A stretch of DNA of 33,887 bases from Oscillospiraceae bacterium. GTDB taxonomy: Bacteria > Bacillota > Clostridia > Oscillospirales > Ruminococcaceae. Below the pieces are notes generated by a model. The model did no database searches. It saw only the letters and a program-made list of their open reading frames with translations, and was not told the DNA's origin. The translations under genes and the position numbers were made by a program. Each line of letters starts with the position of its first letter. Position 1 is the stretch's first letter. Positions 33,627-33,887 of the stretch are shown here, piece by piece. The stretch lies in NCBI GenBank assembly GCA_017528675.1, contig JAFXOO010000142.1:1-33887 (forward strand), read 5' to 3'.

Positions 33627-33887
33627 AAAAAAGCAGACAACCTCCGGAACGGAGGCCTGTAAAAAACAATTTTTGCAGGGTTCGGGGCGGCAGCCCCGAT
33701 CAGGGTGCAGGGGCGAAGCCCCCGCAATATAGCCTCCCCTATCGGGGAAGGTGCCGCCGAATGGCGGCGGAGGGGGCGCTCTACGGTGCGCCGGCACCAG
33801 AAAAATGGTTTTGCTGACCCGAAAAAAGCAGACAACCTCCGGAACGGAGGCCTGTAAAAAACAATTTTTGCAGGGTTCGGGGCGGCA
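33627..33887 (+). repeat. Tandem 195-bp units, each a hairpin CCTCCG-GAA-CGGAGG plus interspersed element (copy C complete, copy D cut by window end)
   Basis: AAAAAAGCAGACAACCTCCGGAACGGAGGCCTGTAAAAAACAATTTTTGCAGGGTTCGGGGCGGCA occurs at 33627-33692 and again at 33822-33887 (offset 195). Core C (33657-33820) is collinear with copy B, but the G-run block is replaced by an extra hairpin GCCGCC-GAAT-GGCGGC (33753-33768). Confidence 0.85.

Overview
GC-rich Clostridia-type chromosomal segment. Gene content and protein sequences suggest an Oscillospiraceae/Ruminococcaceae-like gut anaerobe, but the taxon is inference. Most of the window is ordinary core genome. It holds a peptidoglycan-binding/SleC-like cluster, a YdbS/YdbT-like PH-domain membrane pair and an alanine:cation symporter. 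These are followed by RNase J, the conserved gdpP-rplI-(hydrolase)-dnaB-tilS-ftsH block, purA, cdd, ackA, tmcAL, a HAD hydrolase, putP and a TagG/TagH-like ABC exporter. I saw no tRNA, rRNA, CRISPR array, transposase, integrase or recognisable defence gene. The unusual content is non-coding or poorly characterised. (1) An interspersed ~160-nt element built from four perfect GC-rich hairpins occurs at least five times, always in the + orientation (1-106, 19288-19448, 22521-22569, 33657-33820, 33852-33887). The window starts and ends inside copies. Two copies are bracketed by duplicated, locus-specific terminator-like hairpins with a 195/196-bp period. Stem differences between copies are compensatory. 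(2) A 3.4 x 89-bp near-identical non-coding tandem array lies directly after purA (20872-21178). (3) Further clusters of unrelated perfect GC hairpins and re-used terminator modules occur in several intergenic regions. (4) Two tandem paralogous lipoprotein genes have an almost identical 5' cassette but diverged bodies. (5) An XRE-type membrane-anchored regulator has two 18-bp palindromic operator-like sites. (6) A membrane protein carries three 28-aa repeats. (7) A consensus promoter lies about 300 nt upstream of rnj. My best candidate for something undescribed is the hairpin element that duplicates terminator hairpins, together with the possibly related 89-bp array. No function can be assigned from sequence alone. 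All coordinates and alignments were done by eye from the sequence.
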